A DNA stretch of 56,356 nucleotides from a virus (lineage: Duplodnaviria; Caudoviricetes), in the IMG/VR virus record IMGVR_UViG_3300046534_001186, positions 1 through 56,356 of that record, one strand, 5' to 3'. This document shows, piece by piece, positions 47,380-56,356 of the stretch. A program made the translations under genes and the position numbers. Position 1 is the first letter of the stretch, and every line of letters starts with the position of its first letter. The notes under the pieces are model-generated. The model was not told the DNA's origin. It made no database searches and saw nothing but the letters and a program-made list of their open reading frames with translations.

Positions 47380-48794
47380 ACGTAGGCGTCCTAGATTCTC
47401 CTCCTAAAAAATTTCGGCATACGCCGGCGCAGACTCAGCTCCAGCATGTGATGGTGAGCGACGCGTCGGATATAGGGGCCGGCGGTGGGTCACGTAGCGG
47501 CAAGACGTTCGAGTTCTGTTTTGCCGTAGCCACCAGAGCACTGAAAGCACCAAACTCACGGCACGCGATCTTGCGATTCCGGCAGAACGCTGTCACCAAA
47601 GCCATCGTTAACGACACGTGGCCTAAGATGATGGGGTTGTGCTATCCCGGGCTCTACAATGAAAACCATCTTAATAAGACCTTGGGGTACTACGAGTTCC
47701 CGAACGGCGCTCAGGTATGGTTCGGGGGGCTAGACGACAAAGAGCGCGTCGAGGCCATCTTGGGTAACGAGTACGCGACCATGTATTTCAATGAGTGTTC
47801 ACAGATCCCGTGGACCTCAGTAGACACCGCACTGTCTCGCCTCGCTCAGGTGTGCCCCGGACTGACCCTTAAAGCCTATTTTGACTTTAACCCGCCCTCA
47901 AAGCGGCACTGGACGTATCTGTATTTTGTTGAGCGGATGGATCCGACGACCCGAATTAAATTACTAAGGCCAGAAAATATCGCGTTCTTGTACATGAACC
48001 CCATGGACAACGAGGAGAACCTTGATCCTAAGTACCTCGAGCGACTGAACGCGATGTCGCCTAAGAATCGAAAACGATTTTTCCTTGGCCAGTTCTCAGA
48101 CGAGAACAGCGACGCCTTATTCTCCGAAGAAAATTTTGATGCCCATCGCACGCTTGGTGGCGACGAGAGTCCGCTGCCGGACATGGTGCGGATTACTGTA
48201 AACGTAGACCCTATGGGGATGGCGGATGATGATGAAGACACTCGCTCTGATGAGATTGGTATCACAGTCACCGGCCTCGGAACTGATGGCCGAGGGTACT
48301 TACTTGAAGATCTGTCGGGACATTACGGCCCCAGCATTTGGTCCAAGATTGTTGGCGATGCCTTCAAGAGGCATCTCGCAGATACGGTCGTCGCTGAATC
48401 AAACTACGGCGGCGGCATGGTTAAATTCACGATCGAGGCGGGCAACACCGACGGGGAGAACATCCCAGTCAAGCTCGTCACGGCCACGAGAGGCAAAGTC
48501 GTACGCGCAGAGCCGATAGCCACGCTGTACGAACGGGGCAAGATCTCGCACTACGGGTACTACCCCGAGATCGAAGAACAGTTCTGCGATTTCTACGCCG
48601 ACGGCTACCACGGACCCCATTCCCCTGACAGAGCAGACTCCGCTGTGTTTGGGTGGACTGAGCTGTTCCCGGGGCTAGTTAGGAGCGAGGCAGACACCAA
48701 GTGGCAAGTGCCGGCGGTAATCGCCAACACAAACAACGCCAGCCAGTACAGCAACAGAGGAACGCCGGGACTACCAGCAAAGCAGAGAAGGTGA
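47355..48794 (+). CDS. terL: Terminase large subunit
   Basis: GGSRSGKT; YFNE; DFNPP; nuclease motifs VNVDP..SDE.GI..G, E.NYGG, K..RAEP, SPDRADS. Confidence 0.92.
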   Translation: MGKKRPLLNVGVLDSPPKKFRHTPAQTQLQHVMVSDASDIGAGGGSRSGKTFEFCFAVATRALKAPNSRHAILRFRQNAVTKAIVNDTWPKMMGLCYPGLYNENHLNKTLGYYEFPNGAQVWFGGLDDKERVEAILGNEYATMYFNECSQIPWTSVDTALSRLAQVCPGLTLKAYFDFNPPSKRHWTYLYFVERMDPTTRIKLLRPENIAFLYMNPMDNEENLDPKYLERLNAMSPKNRKRFFLGQFSDENSDALFSEENFDAHRTLGGDESPLPDMVRITVNVDPMGMADDDEDTRSDEIGITVTGLGTDGRGYLLEDLSGHYGPSIWSKIVGDAFKRHLADTVVAESNYGGGMVKFTIEAGNTDGENIPVKLVTATRGKVVRAEPIATLYERGKISHYGYYPEIEEQFCDFYADGYHGPHSPDRADSAVFGWTELFPGLVRSEADTKWQVPAVIANTNNASQYSNRGTPGLPAKQRR

Positions 48795-48837
48795 TACTCT
48801 GCGACTTTAGGCCCCGCTCAAACTAGAGGACTTACCG

Positions 48838-49146
48838 ATGTCAACTATCTTTTCGGACACGACCTGTACCGTCAAACGCCAGCGCGGGCGAGCCCCCGGT
48901 GTCGCGTATGAGGTAACCTCCCCGAAGTACTCGAACCGGTTGTTCGTAGACTTTGCCCGCGTCTCCGAAGACGGGATGCTCGCTATCTTGTTAGACCGAG
49001 CTGAGAAAGAGGACGCTAAGGCGGAGACCAAAGCCACGTCCGCCAGAGTCACCCTGATTAAGAAATTAAAGTCAGGCAACGATCTTCGAGGTAGAGGCAA
49101 AGCGAAGCCTAAGGGTGAGGAGAGTACCGATGTCAAGTCTATTTAA
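48838..49146 (+). CDS. Hypothetical protein
   Basis: GAGGA RBS. Confidence 0.6.
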   Translation: MSTIFSDTTCTVKRQRGRAPGVAYEVTSPKYSNRLFVDFARVSEDGMLAILLDRAEKEDAKAETKATSARVTLIKKLKSGNDLRGRGKAKPKGEESTDVKSI

Positions 49147-49357
49147 ATCTAAAAAACCCAGAGCACCTACCGCCATGACGCAGGCCCCTGCCGAAGAACC
49201 AAAAGCTCCAACCGAGGCCGAGGTGGCAGAAGAATCTCGAAAAGTGCAGCGAGCGGGTAGAACATCGTCTCGTCGCGGCACAAGCTCATTAGAAACCATG
49301 CTGCGCTCTAGAGGGGGCTCCAGCTCCACTGCTAGCAGCAGCGGCAAACTGGGGTAG
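49130..49357 (+). CDS. Small virion protein preceding the portal
   Basis: MSSLF..P.AP..RR..ST..KLG pattern typical of genes upstream of T7-like portals. Confidence 0.65.
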   Translation: MSSLFKSKKPRAPTAMTQAPAEEPKAPTEAEVAEESRKVQRAGRTSSRRGTSSLETMLRSRGGSSSTASSSGKLG

Positions 49358-49360
49358 CCC

Positions 49361-50959
49361 ATGTACACCAACGGCACAATGGACTCCATAAAAGTCTGCG
49401 CGTTAGCGGACAACCTGTTCACCAAGCAAGACGGGGTCCTACCCTTGTGGCAGACTCTAGCGGAAAACTTCTATCCAGAGCGGGCCGACTTTCGTTTCGC
49501 CCGGTCTTTGGGTAACGAGATGGCGGAGGCCACAGTGGACTCGTACCCGATCTTGGCTAGGCGAGACCTAGGGAACTCTTTCCACTCCATGCTGCGAGAC
49601 GGCAATTGGTTTGAGGTTACAGCCGGCGCGGATACTCGGCTAGACCATGACGGTAAGCTGTGGCTAGAGTGGGCGACTAAACGACAGCGCAGGGCTATGG
49701 ACGATCGCAATGCTAATTTTGAAAGATCTGTTAAGAACGGGGATATGGATTTTGCTGCTTTCGGTAACACTGTACTCTCCATCGAACCTAACAAAGCACG
49801 CAACGGGATCGTTTACCGCAGTTGGCATCTACGCGACTGCGCTTGGGAAGACGACGAAAAGGGCCAAGTTGAGACGGTCGCCCGGAAGTGGAGCCCGTCG
49901 CTCCACGAGTACGTCACTACTTTCGGAATTGACAAACTCCCAGCTCGCCTACGCGAAAAGTATAAAAAAACTCCTTTTGCGACGACGCCGCTTTACCATG
50001 TGCTGATGCCCGTAGCCTTATCGGGAAACCAGCAGTACCTCGAGCAGGGATACAAGTACGCCTCTTACTTCGTGCACACTGGCGGGGAGAAGGAGTTGGT
50101 CGAAGACAAGGCTATAAACTATAAATACTACGTGGTGCCGAGATTTCAAACGATCTCAGGCAGCCCGTATGCGTACAGCCCAGCCACAATCTGTGCTCTG
50201 CCTGACGCAAGAACACTGCAGGCAATGACCTACACGCTGCTGGAAGCGGCGGAACGGTACGCCCGCCCGCCTATGGTCGCAACGCAAAAGGTAATAACCG
50301 GCGTTGTGGACTTACGCCCTAACGGCATAACTTGGGTGGACAACGCGTACGACGAACGTCTCGGCGCGGCATTGAAGTCTATAGACCAAAACAAAGGGGG
50401 ATACCCCATCGGTGCCAGCGAGCGTTCTCGCATATACGATACAATCTCCCACGCTTTCTACGGCGACACTCTGAATCTGCCTTTAGGCGACAAAGAAATG
50501 ACGGCCTTTGAAGTTCAGGAGCGCATGAAGCAATACCGACGAGCCAACTTACCTTTATTCTCTCCTATGGAGAAAGACTACAACGGCCAAGTCTGTGAGA
50601 CGACTTTTGATCTCATCATGATGATGGGCGGGTTCGGGTCGATTCAAGACATCCCCCAGTCACTGGGTGACGGCGTGGAGTTCAAGTACAAGTCCCCTCT
50701 GTCTCGAGACGAAGAGGAAGAGAAGGTGTCTCAGTTCTCCCAGACCGCCGCTCTGCTTAGAGAGGCAGCGGAGTTCGACCAGAACGCAGCGGATAACATT
50801 GATTTTGATGTGGCCGTACGCGACGCGATCGAGGGTAACAACACTCCGACCAAGTGGTTCAGGCCGCAAGAAGAGATCCAAGAGGTTCGCGAAGCTAGGA
50901 TGGCGCAGCAGGCAGCTATGCAAGCCACGGAAGCAGCGCAAGCGGGCGAGGCCGCGTGA
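49361..50959 (+). CDS. Portal (head-tail connector; T7 gp8/Bbp21-like)
   Basis: W..LAE..YPER; D..AFGN; PR.....PY..SP....LPD.R.LQ; MTAFEV.ER; YKSPL. Confidence 0.92.
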   Translation: MYTNGTMDSIKVCALADNLFTKQDGVLPLWQTLAENFYPERADFRFARSLGNEMAEATVDSYPILARRDLGNSFHSMLRDGNWFEVTAGADTRLDHDGKLWLEWATKRQRRAMDDRNANFERSVKNGDMDFAAFGNTVLSIEPNKARNGIVYRSWHLRDCAWEDDEKGQVETVARKWSPSLHEYVTTFGIDKLPARLREKYKKTPFATTPLYHVLMPVALSGNQQYLEQGYKYASYFVHTGGEKELVEDKAINYKYYVVPRFQTISGSPYAYSPATICALPDARTLQAMTYTLLEAAERYARPPMVATQKVITGVVDLRPNGITWVDNAYDERLGAALKSIDQNKGGYPIGASERSRIYDTISHAFYGDTLNLPLGDKEMTAFEVQERMKQYRRANLPLFSPMEKDYNGQVCETTFDLIMMMGGFGSIQDIPQSLGDGVEFKYKSPLSRDEEEEKVSQFSQTAALLREAAEFDQNAADNIDFDVAVRDAIEGNNTPTKWFRPQEEIQEVREARMAQQAAMQATEAAQAGEAA

Positions 50960-51246
50960 GCTTAGTGCCGGAAGCATTCAAGTCGGCGTTGCTCAACGCG
51001 CAGGAGGTGTACGCGCTCCAGTCTTTAGAGGAGGGCACTGCGGACGTGTACGCTCAGCGGCTAGCGCTTAGCGCAATTTTGAACAAACTGTGCCGCGTGT
51101 ACGATCAGCACTATGTGCCAGGCGACAGAGAATCGACCACGTTTCTACTTGGAAGGGCGTACCCTGGCCAAGAAATAATTAAGCATCTAAGGATTAACCC
51201 CACACAACTTAAAGCACTCGAAGAGGCAAACAAGAATGGAAATTGA
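50956..51246 (+). CDS. Bbp19-like protein
   Basis: YVPGD...TF..GR...G..I motif; between portal and scaffold. Confidence 0.65.
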   Translation: MSLVPEAFKSALLNAQEVYALQSLEEGTADVYAQRLALSAILNKLCRVYDQHYVPGDRESTTFLLGRAYPGQEIIKHLRINPTQLKALEEANKNGN

Positions 51247-52153
51247 AACCCCACCAGTTGAGGCACCCCCAGCAGTAGTCCCACCCGAGGGAACTCCACC
51301 GGCAGTAGTCCCACCCGAGGGAACTCCACCGGCAGTAGTCCCACCCGAGGGAACACCTTGGTATCACACCGATGCAGACGATTGGCGAGAGCAGATCGCA
51401 GGCAAAGACGAGACCAAGCTGAACTTATTGAAGCGAGTCACCGACCCATCCCAGCTGTTCGACAATTATTTTGAGGGTCAAAAAACTCTCAGTCAGCGGG
51501 TGGAGGCAGCAGCAGAGACGTTGCCGGAGAATCCTACGGACGAGCAGCTGCAGGCTTACCGTGAGAAAAACGGCGTGCCTAACGAGGCAACAGGATACGA
51601 GCTTAAGCTCTCGGACGGATTAGTGCTCAGTGACGAGGACCGCGCTGAGTTTCAGCCCGTCTTCGAAGTCATGCACGGGATGAACCTCCCCTCCGACCAG
51701 GTCAGCGCCGTCACCGACAGTTGGCTAAAAGCTCAGAACGGCATTGTGGCCAAAGAGGAAGCCCGCGACAGCGTGGATGCGGCGGACTGTACCAAAGCGC
51801 TGCAGGACGCATGGAAAGGCGACTTCGAAACAAACAAAGGCTTGATCAATGGGATGATCTCGTCTCACCTTCCCGAGGATTCAGTTGACGCGTTCATGAA
51901 TGCCCGACTGTCAGATGGCACTGCGCTGTTTAACAACCCTGGGATAGTAGCGGCCTTGAGTAACATGGCTAGGACCATCAACCCTGCGGCCACGTTAGTG
52001 CCGTCAGGCAAAGACGCGCTGACTAGTTTAGCTACGCGTCGTGCCGAGCTAGAGGGCCAGATGGGAGACGACGACTGGCATAAGAACGCCGCCGGCCAAA
52101 AAGAGTACCAAGAGATAGTAACGGCGCAGGAAGTATTCTCTTCTAGACAGTAG
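51236..52153 (+). CDS. Capsid scaffolding protein
   Basis: Acidic; Pro-rich N-terminus; GVP....Y; L...W..DF..N; synteny. Confidence 0.8.
   Translation: MEIETPPVEAPPAVVPPEGTPPAVVPPEGTPPAVVPPEGTPWYHTDADDWREQIAGKDETKLNLLKRVTDPSQLFDNYFEGQKTLSQRVEAAAETLPENPTDEQLQAYREKNGVPNEATGYELKLSDGLVLSDEDRAEFQPVFEVMHGMNLPSDQVSAVTDSWLKAQNGIVAKEEARDSVDAADCTKALQDAWKGDFETNKGLINGMISSHLPEDSVDAFMNARLSDGTALFNNPGIVAALSNMARTINPAATLVPSGKDALTSLATRRAELEGQMGDDDWHKNAAGQKEYQEIVTAQEVFSSRQ
51269..51357 (+). repeat. 30-bp coding tandem repeat x3 (PAVVPPEGTP)
   Basis: GCAGTAGTCCCACCCGAGGGAAC occurs three times. Confidence 0.95.
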
Positions 52154-52329
52154 CCGAGAGACGCGTCTATACTACTCACAGCAATGCGTAAGACCCCGGA
52201 AGCGTACGTGCAGCCCCAGAGCCTCCTAGCGGAGGTGCTGGTCAACCTGAACGCGTAAGTGGATGGTCAACTCGGACCCGTTGATAATTGTTACTAATTT
52301 ATTAATGTATTTTCTAAGGAGACTTTGAG

Positions 52330-53160
52330 ATGTCCGAAACGGCCTTTCAGATAATGTACCGGCAGGAGATGATCGCAGGGTTCGAAAAGCGTCAATCGCT
52401 TTCTCGTAGAACCACTACCACGGCAGCCGACATAAACGGCAACCAGGCAGTGTTCCTTGTGGCAGACTCAGGCGGTGCAAGCGCGGTAACACGCGGTGTT
52501 AACGGCGACCTTCCAACGCGCCCAGACAACATGAACCAGTACTCAGCCACGTTGCAAGAATGGCACGACGTTCCTGAACGCACTAGATTCAACATCTACG
52601 CGTCTCAAGGGGACGGTCGCAAGCTCATGCAACAGACCTGTATGTCTGTTATTAATCGCAAGATTGATCAAGACATCCACACGGCATTGGGTGCAGCTAC
52701 TCAGACTTGGGGCGCAGCTTCGGCGGCCACCCTTATTCTAGTAACCATCGCTAAGACTAAGCTCGCGAATGCTTTCGCGGATATGGATGCTCCTGTCTTT
52801 GCTTTGATCACGCCAGCGTTCCACGGCTACTTGATGGGCTTGAAAGAGTTCACCAGTGCGGACTATGTCTCGCAGCCTGGCTTCGACGGCATGCCTAAAG
52901 ACAAGGCATTTTCTTGGTTTGGCGTTAACTGGATCGTTGACCCCGGACTCCCAGGCGTGGGCACAGCTTCCGCCACCTGCTTCATGTACTCCAAGAACGC
53001 GATCGGTCACGCTTGTGACACTGAGAACTTGGCGACTGCCGTCGGATACGACAGCAAGAACGACAAGTCTTGGGCTCGCTGCTCTACGTTCATGGGCAGT
53101 AAACTCTTGCAGGATTCGGGTGTGATCAAGATGCCACACAACGACTCTGCATTGTCATAA
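52330..53160 (+). CDS. Major capsid protein
   Basis: Strong TAAGGAG RBS; Q.Y..E....F..R.S; INRKIDQ.I; EFTSADYV; A.GHA; follows the scaffold gene. Confidence 0.88.
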   Translation: MSETAFQIMYRQEMIAGFEKRQSLSRRTTTTAADINGNQAVFLVADSGGASAVTRGVNGDLPTRPDNMNQYSATLQEWHDVPERTRFNIYASQGDGRKLMQQTCMSVINRKIDQDIHTALGAATQTWGAASAATLILVTIAKTKLANAFADMDAPVFALITPAFHGYLMGLKEFTSADYVSQPGFDGMPKDKAFSWFGVNWIVDPGLPGVGTASATCFMYSKNAIGHACDTENLATAVGYDSKNDKSWARCSTFMGSKLLQDSGVIKMPHNDSALS

Positions 53161-53177
53161 GGGGATAGATACCAGTC

Positions 53178-53738
53178 ATGGCATATATCGTAAATGAAGG
53201 ACCGGGCTTAATTGCCCAGAAAAACGGACTTACCGGCGCTGCCCTTTGGGTATACAAGTCAGTAGATTCGTTGGCACTTGTTGCCGTCGCTGGCTACTTC
53301 ACCAATGGCTACGCCCTTGGCATGAAGGTAGGCGACCAAGTCGTCGTGGTTAACACTACGACCGGCGCGAGCAAGACCGTAGCGGTGGCAGCAGTTGTCA
53401 CAGACGGTGCTGCGTCAATAGCGGGTGGAACTCAAGAGCTGTTAGCGTCGGGCGTAGTTACGCCAGGCATCCAGATCGTCGAGCTTAACCACGCGTCAAC
53501 AATTATCGCAGCAACTATTGCGTCGCTGGACCTGCACCCTGGGATCTTGATTGTTAAGAACACCAGTGGCTCGGGTACTACCGCGCACACGTTGACTGTT
53601 AGTGGGGGCACTTTTGACGGTACTAATAACACCGCCACTCTCAACGCCCCTGACGAGCTACTAATCATTCACGTGGATGGTGACGGCGTAGGAACTGTAG
53701 TCCAGAACACCGGATCTGTAGGCCTATCGTCCGTATAA
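53178..53738 (+). CDS. Capsid decoration/cement-like protein with an extra C-terminal domain
   Basis: Y.S.D....V..AGYF.N....MKVGD.V.V motif; follows the capsid gene. Confidence 0.65.
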   Translation: MAYIVNEGPGLIAQKNGLTGAALWVYKSVDSLALVAVAGYFTNGYALGMKVGDQVVVVNTTTGASKTVAVAAVVTDGAASIAGGTQELLASGVVTPGIQIVELNHASTIIAATIASLDLHPGILIVKNTSGSGTTAHTLTVSGGTFDGTNNTATLNAPDELLIIHVDGDGVGTVVQNTGSVGLSSV

Positions 53739-53755
53739 AGAGCAGCTAGGACCGG

Positions 53756-53796
53756 ACTCACCTGAGTAGCTTAGGCCAAAGGGTGAGTTTTTTTTA
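53756..53796 (+). terminator. Intrinsic terminator after the capsid genes
   Basis: ACTCACC...GGTGAGT followed by a T-tract. Confidence 0.6.
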
Positions 53797-53811
53797 ACCA
53801 CAGGAGGCCTC

Positions 53812-54291
53812 ATGGCTGATCCAGAAGAGAACAAAACCCTAAAAACTAAGACCCCATCCGAGAGAAAAGTAGAAGCCTGTCTTAGGACAGAGTTCGGACT
53901 TCAATCTCATAAATTCAATGTGTTCAACGCGGTGCTGCCGCAGGGGACAAGCGTCAAGGACTTAGGGGACTATCGTCTCTGGAGTCACGTGGCGGGGGAC
54001 CTGACGATGTTTGACGAGATCCGCGCAGTCGATGCGGACGGCGGATGGGTAGCGGACTTGATCGTTATATACAAGTTCGGCACGCAGGTTCGATGCCAAG
54101 TTAAGCTCATTACGGAGCTGGAGGATATTGACTACGGGACTGCTATCAATATCAGCAAGTACCAAGTTAAGCAGCGCGGCATGAAGAAATGGTGTATTTT
54201 GGAAGGTGCCACGGTACTTGAAGAAAATATCCCGACACAAGAACTGGCACTAAAGCGAAGGCATGAGCTACTGGCCGCCCTAGCAAACTAG
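53812..54291 (+). CDS. Hypothetical virion-module protein
   Basis: AGGAGG RBS; between capsid and adaptor genes. Confidence 0.7.
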   Translation: MADPEENKTLKTKTPSERKVEACLRTEFGLQSHKFNVFNAVLPQGTSVKDLGDYRLWSHVAGDLTMFDEIRAVDADGGWVADLIVIYKFGTQVRCQVKLITELEDIDYGTAINISKYQVKQRGMKKWCILEGATVLEENIPTQELALKRRHELLAALAN

Positions 54292-54300
54292 GACTAAAGT

Positions 54301-56356
54301 ATGGCCGTCACCAGATTATCGCTCTATAACAATGCGCTCTATATTCTCGGTGAGCGGCGACTAGTAACTGAATTTGAGGACCGCGAGCCTCGCCGTGTTT
54401 TAGATGAGATAGCTAATCTAAACGCGTACGAGGTGGTCCTCGAACTCGTTAAGCCTAGGTTCGCAGTTACTAGCGCCAAACTTAGCAACCCCTCCGCGTC
54501 TAGCGTCCACGGGGTTGATAAGGTGTACGCTTTCGCGTGGGACTACATCTCCACCCTAGGAGAGGCAGGCCTACACGGCGCGAACGCTTCGTTCTTCTCT
54601 GACGAAAATTTTCAAAATCCAATAAATCGCTACATCATTGAGGGCCGCACGGTCGCTTGCGATGTAGAAACTAACATCTGGATGCGGTACATAAGCAAGA
54701 CCCCCGATCTGGACGTGTGGACGCCGATGTTCGGCAAGCTGGTAGCCACCTACCTAGCCAAGGAAGCTGCCAGCCGGATAAATCCTAACCGAATCGAGTA
54801 CGCGGAGCAGCAGTTCGCTCAGGCGTTAGCGATCAGCATTCAGTACGAGTCGGTTAAAGAAAACCCAATAATTCCGCAGAAAGCTGCAGCCGACTTAACC
54901 GCAGACCAGCTGGTGATATACAACCAAGTCGCCCACGCTTTAGGCAAAAACGAGTTCAGGCACGTGGCGGACGGGAGTTCGTTGCGCCTAGCCATAGACG
55001 CTCAATACGACCTAGCCCGCGACTTCCTGCTCGAGACTGTGAAGCCGAGATTCGCCACCACCTCTGTGACTCTGACAGACGCAGGGGACAGCACCTCGCA
55101 CACGTTCGATAATGTGTTCACGCTGCCCAGCGACTTCCTGACTTTAGTCTCGATACACTCTGACGAGAACTTAGACTTTCCAGTCGAGCGGTATTTGCAC
55201 GAGGACGATGAGATCTTCGTGGACGCGTCCACCCCGATCTACCTGCGCTACATCCAAAACGATGTGACGGAACCGACCTGGACTGCTACGTTCAAGCGTG
55301 CGTTGTCTGCGCACATCGCTACGAACCTGTGCCCCCTGTTCGCGAACGAGAGGGAACAGTCCGCGTTCGACCTGTTCGATAAAGCGCTTACCGCGACTAT
55401 GGAAGCGGACGCGTCCCGGGAGGTCCCTTACCGAGCCCAACAGGCTGCAGGGGTCCTCTCCACAGCCAAGCTGACAGTCTACAACCAGATCGCCCAGATG
55501 CTTGGCCAGCGCGAGTTGCGTCACGTCAACGACGAGAGCGAGCTACGGGTAGCCATTGACGCGGAGTACACGTTAGCAAGAAACTTCGTGCTAGAGGCGG
55601 TAAAACCTAGATTTGCCACCATCACTGCTGCACTCGCGGACGCCGATAACAGTGCGGTCCACGGGTTTGATAACGTATTTACGATCCCGACCGACCTGCT
55701 CTTGCTTTGCGGAATATGGTCGGACGAGAACCTAGACTTTCCCGTTCTGCGATATTTGCACGAAGACACAGAGATCTTCGTGGACGCGTTCGACCCCATA
55801 TACATACGCTACGTGCAGAGCGCTGTGGGGGAGGCGGAGTGGACAGCCACGTTCACTAAGGCCGTGGCCGCTCACATCGCGCATAACTTATCTTCTCGAT
55901 TTTCCCCAGAGCGAGAGCAAAACGCTCTTGCGGTACTAACCTCGGCCCTCGCTATCGCCGTGGAGGTAGACTCCACACGAGAAGCGCCCGACCGGCCTCA
56001 GAAAGCTGCAGCCCCGCTAACCGCGAGCCAGCTAGTTATTTACAATCAGATCGCTCATCATTTAGGCCAGCCCGAACTAAGGCACGTCAACAATGAGAGC
56101 GCGCTCAGGCTAGCGATCGACGCCCAGTATGAGCTGGCTACGGATCACCTACTGGAGAAGATCTCACCTAAGTTTGCTACTGAGACAGCCACGCTAGCGG
56201 ATGCCGACGACAGTGCGGTTCATGGGTTTGATAACGTATTTACGATCCCGACTAACATGGTCACGCTCTCAGGCGTGTGGTCGGACGAGAACCTAGATTT
56301 TCCTGTTCTGAGGTACCTGCACGAAGACACCCAGATCTTTGTGGACGCGTTCGATC
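54301..56356 (+). CDS. 5' part of tandem-repeat tail tubular protein A; open to the window end (absent from ORF track because it has no stop)
   Basis: Manual translation MAVTRLSLYNNALYILGERRL... has no stop codon. YN motifs at 54325, 54919, 55480 and 56041. Unit 4 is near-identical to the units at 1-2300. Confidence 0.9.
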   Translation, partial: MAVTRLSLYNNALYILGERRLVTEFEDREPRRVLDEIANLNAYEVVLELVKPRFAVTSAKLSNPSASSVHGVDKVYAFAWDYISTLGEAGLHGANASFFSDENFQNPINRYIIEGRTVACDVETNIWMRYISKTPDLDVWTPMFGKLVATYLAKEAASRINPNRIEYAEQQFAQALAISIQYESVKENPIIPQKAAADLTADQLVIYNQVAHALGKNEFRHVADGSSLRLAIDAQYDLARDFLLETVKPRFATTSVTLTDAGDSTSHTFDNVFTLPSDFLTLVSIHSDENLDFPVERYLHEDDEIFVDASTPIYLRYIQNDVTEPTWTATFKRALSAHIATNLCPLFANEREQSAFDLFDKALTATMEADASREVPYRAQQAAGVLSTAKLTVYNQIAQMLGQRELRHVNDESELRVAIDAEYTLARNFVLEAVKPRFATITAALADADNSAVHGFDNVFTIPTDLLLLCGIWSDENLDFPVLRYLHEDTEIFVDAFDPIYIRYVQSAVGEAEWTATFTKAVAAHIAHNLSSRFSPEREQNALAVLTSALAIAVEVDSTREAPDRPQKAAAPLTASQLVIYNQIAHHLGQPELRHVNNESALRLAIDAQYELATDHLLEKISPKFATETATLADADDSAVHGFDNVFTIPTNMVTLSGVWSDENLDFPVLRYLHEDTQIFVDAFD

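Noticed and set aside
56242-56356. Direct terminal repeat or circular overlap with 312-426
   Set aside because: The match is internal to the 561-bp array and the flanks differ, so these are different repeat units
1-56356. tRNA/rRNA genes, integrase, T7-type RNA polymerase
   Set aside because: None recognisable by eye; tRNAscan and HMM searches would be needed to exclude them formally

Overview
The window is an apparently near-complete, circularly permuted ~56 kb genome of a tailed dsDNA phage. It has a T7/BPP-1-type podovirus virion module (terS, terL, portal, scaffold, capsid, tail adaptor, nozzle, three ejection proteins), but no RNA polymerase, integrase or reverse transcriptase that I can recognise. 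Sigma70-like promoters, a csrA gene and an M15 endolysin suggest a gammaproteobacterial host (inference). The replication module comprises a primase-polymerase/SF3 helicase, SF2 helicase, Cas4-like nuclease, SSB, PolA, VRR-NUC and MazG. The most striking feature is the tail adaptor (tail tubular protein A, T7 gp11/P22 gp4-like). It is normally a single ~190-aa domain, but here it is one ORF of at least 10 tandem fused domains with a 561-bp period. It starts at 54301, runs off the window end and resumes at 1..3545, and the contig breaks inside the array. Other unusual elements: (1) a nozzle carrying nested Kelch and LVIVD propeller insertions; (2) an early region built from gene cassettes separated by seven ~77-nt RNase III-like hairpin+RBS repeats; (3) a phage csrA missed by the ORF track, with CsrA-consensus-like sites on most early-gene RBSs; (4) a TGAC-N6-GNCA operator overlapping six promoters; (5) a strand-biased Chi-like array near the probable genome end. 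All assignments come from motif recognition by eye; no database searches were run.
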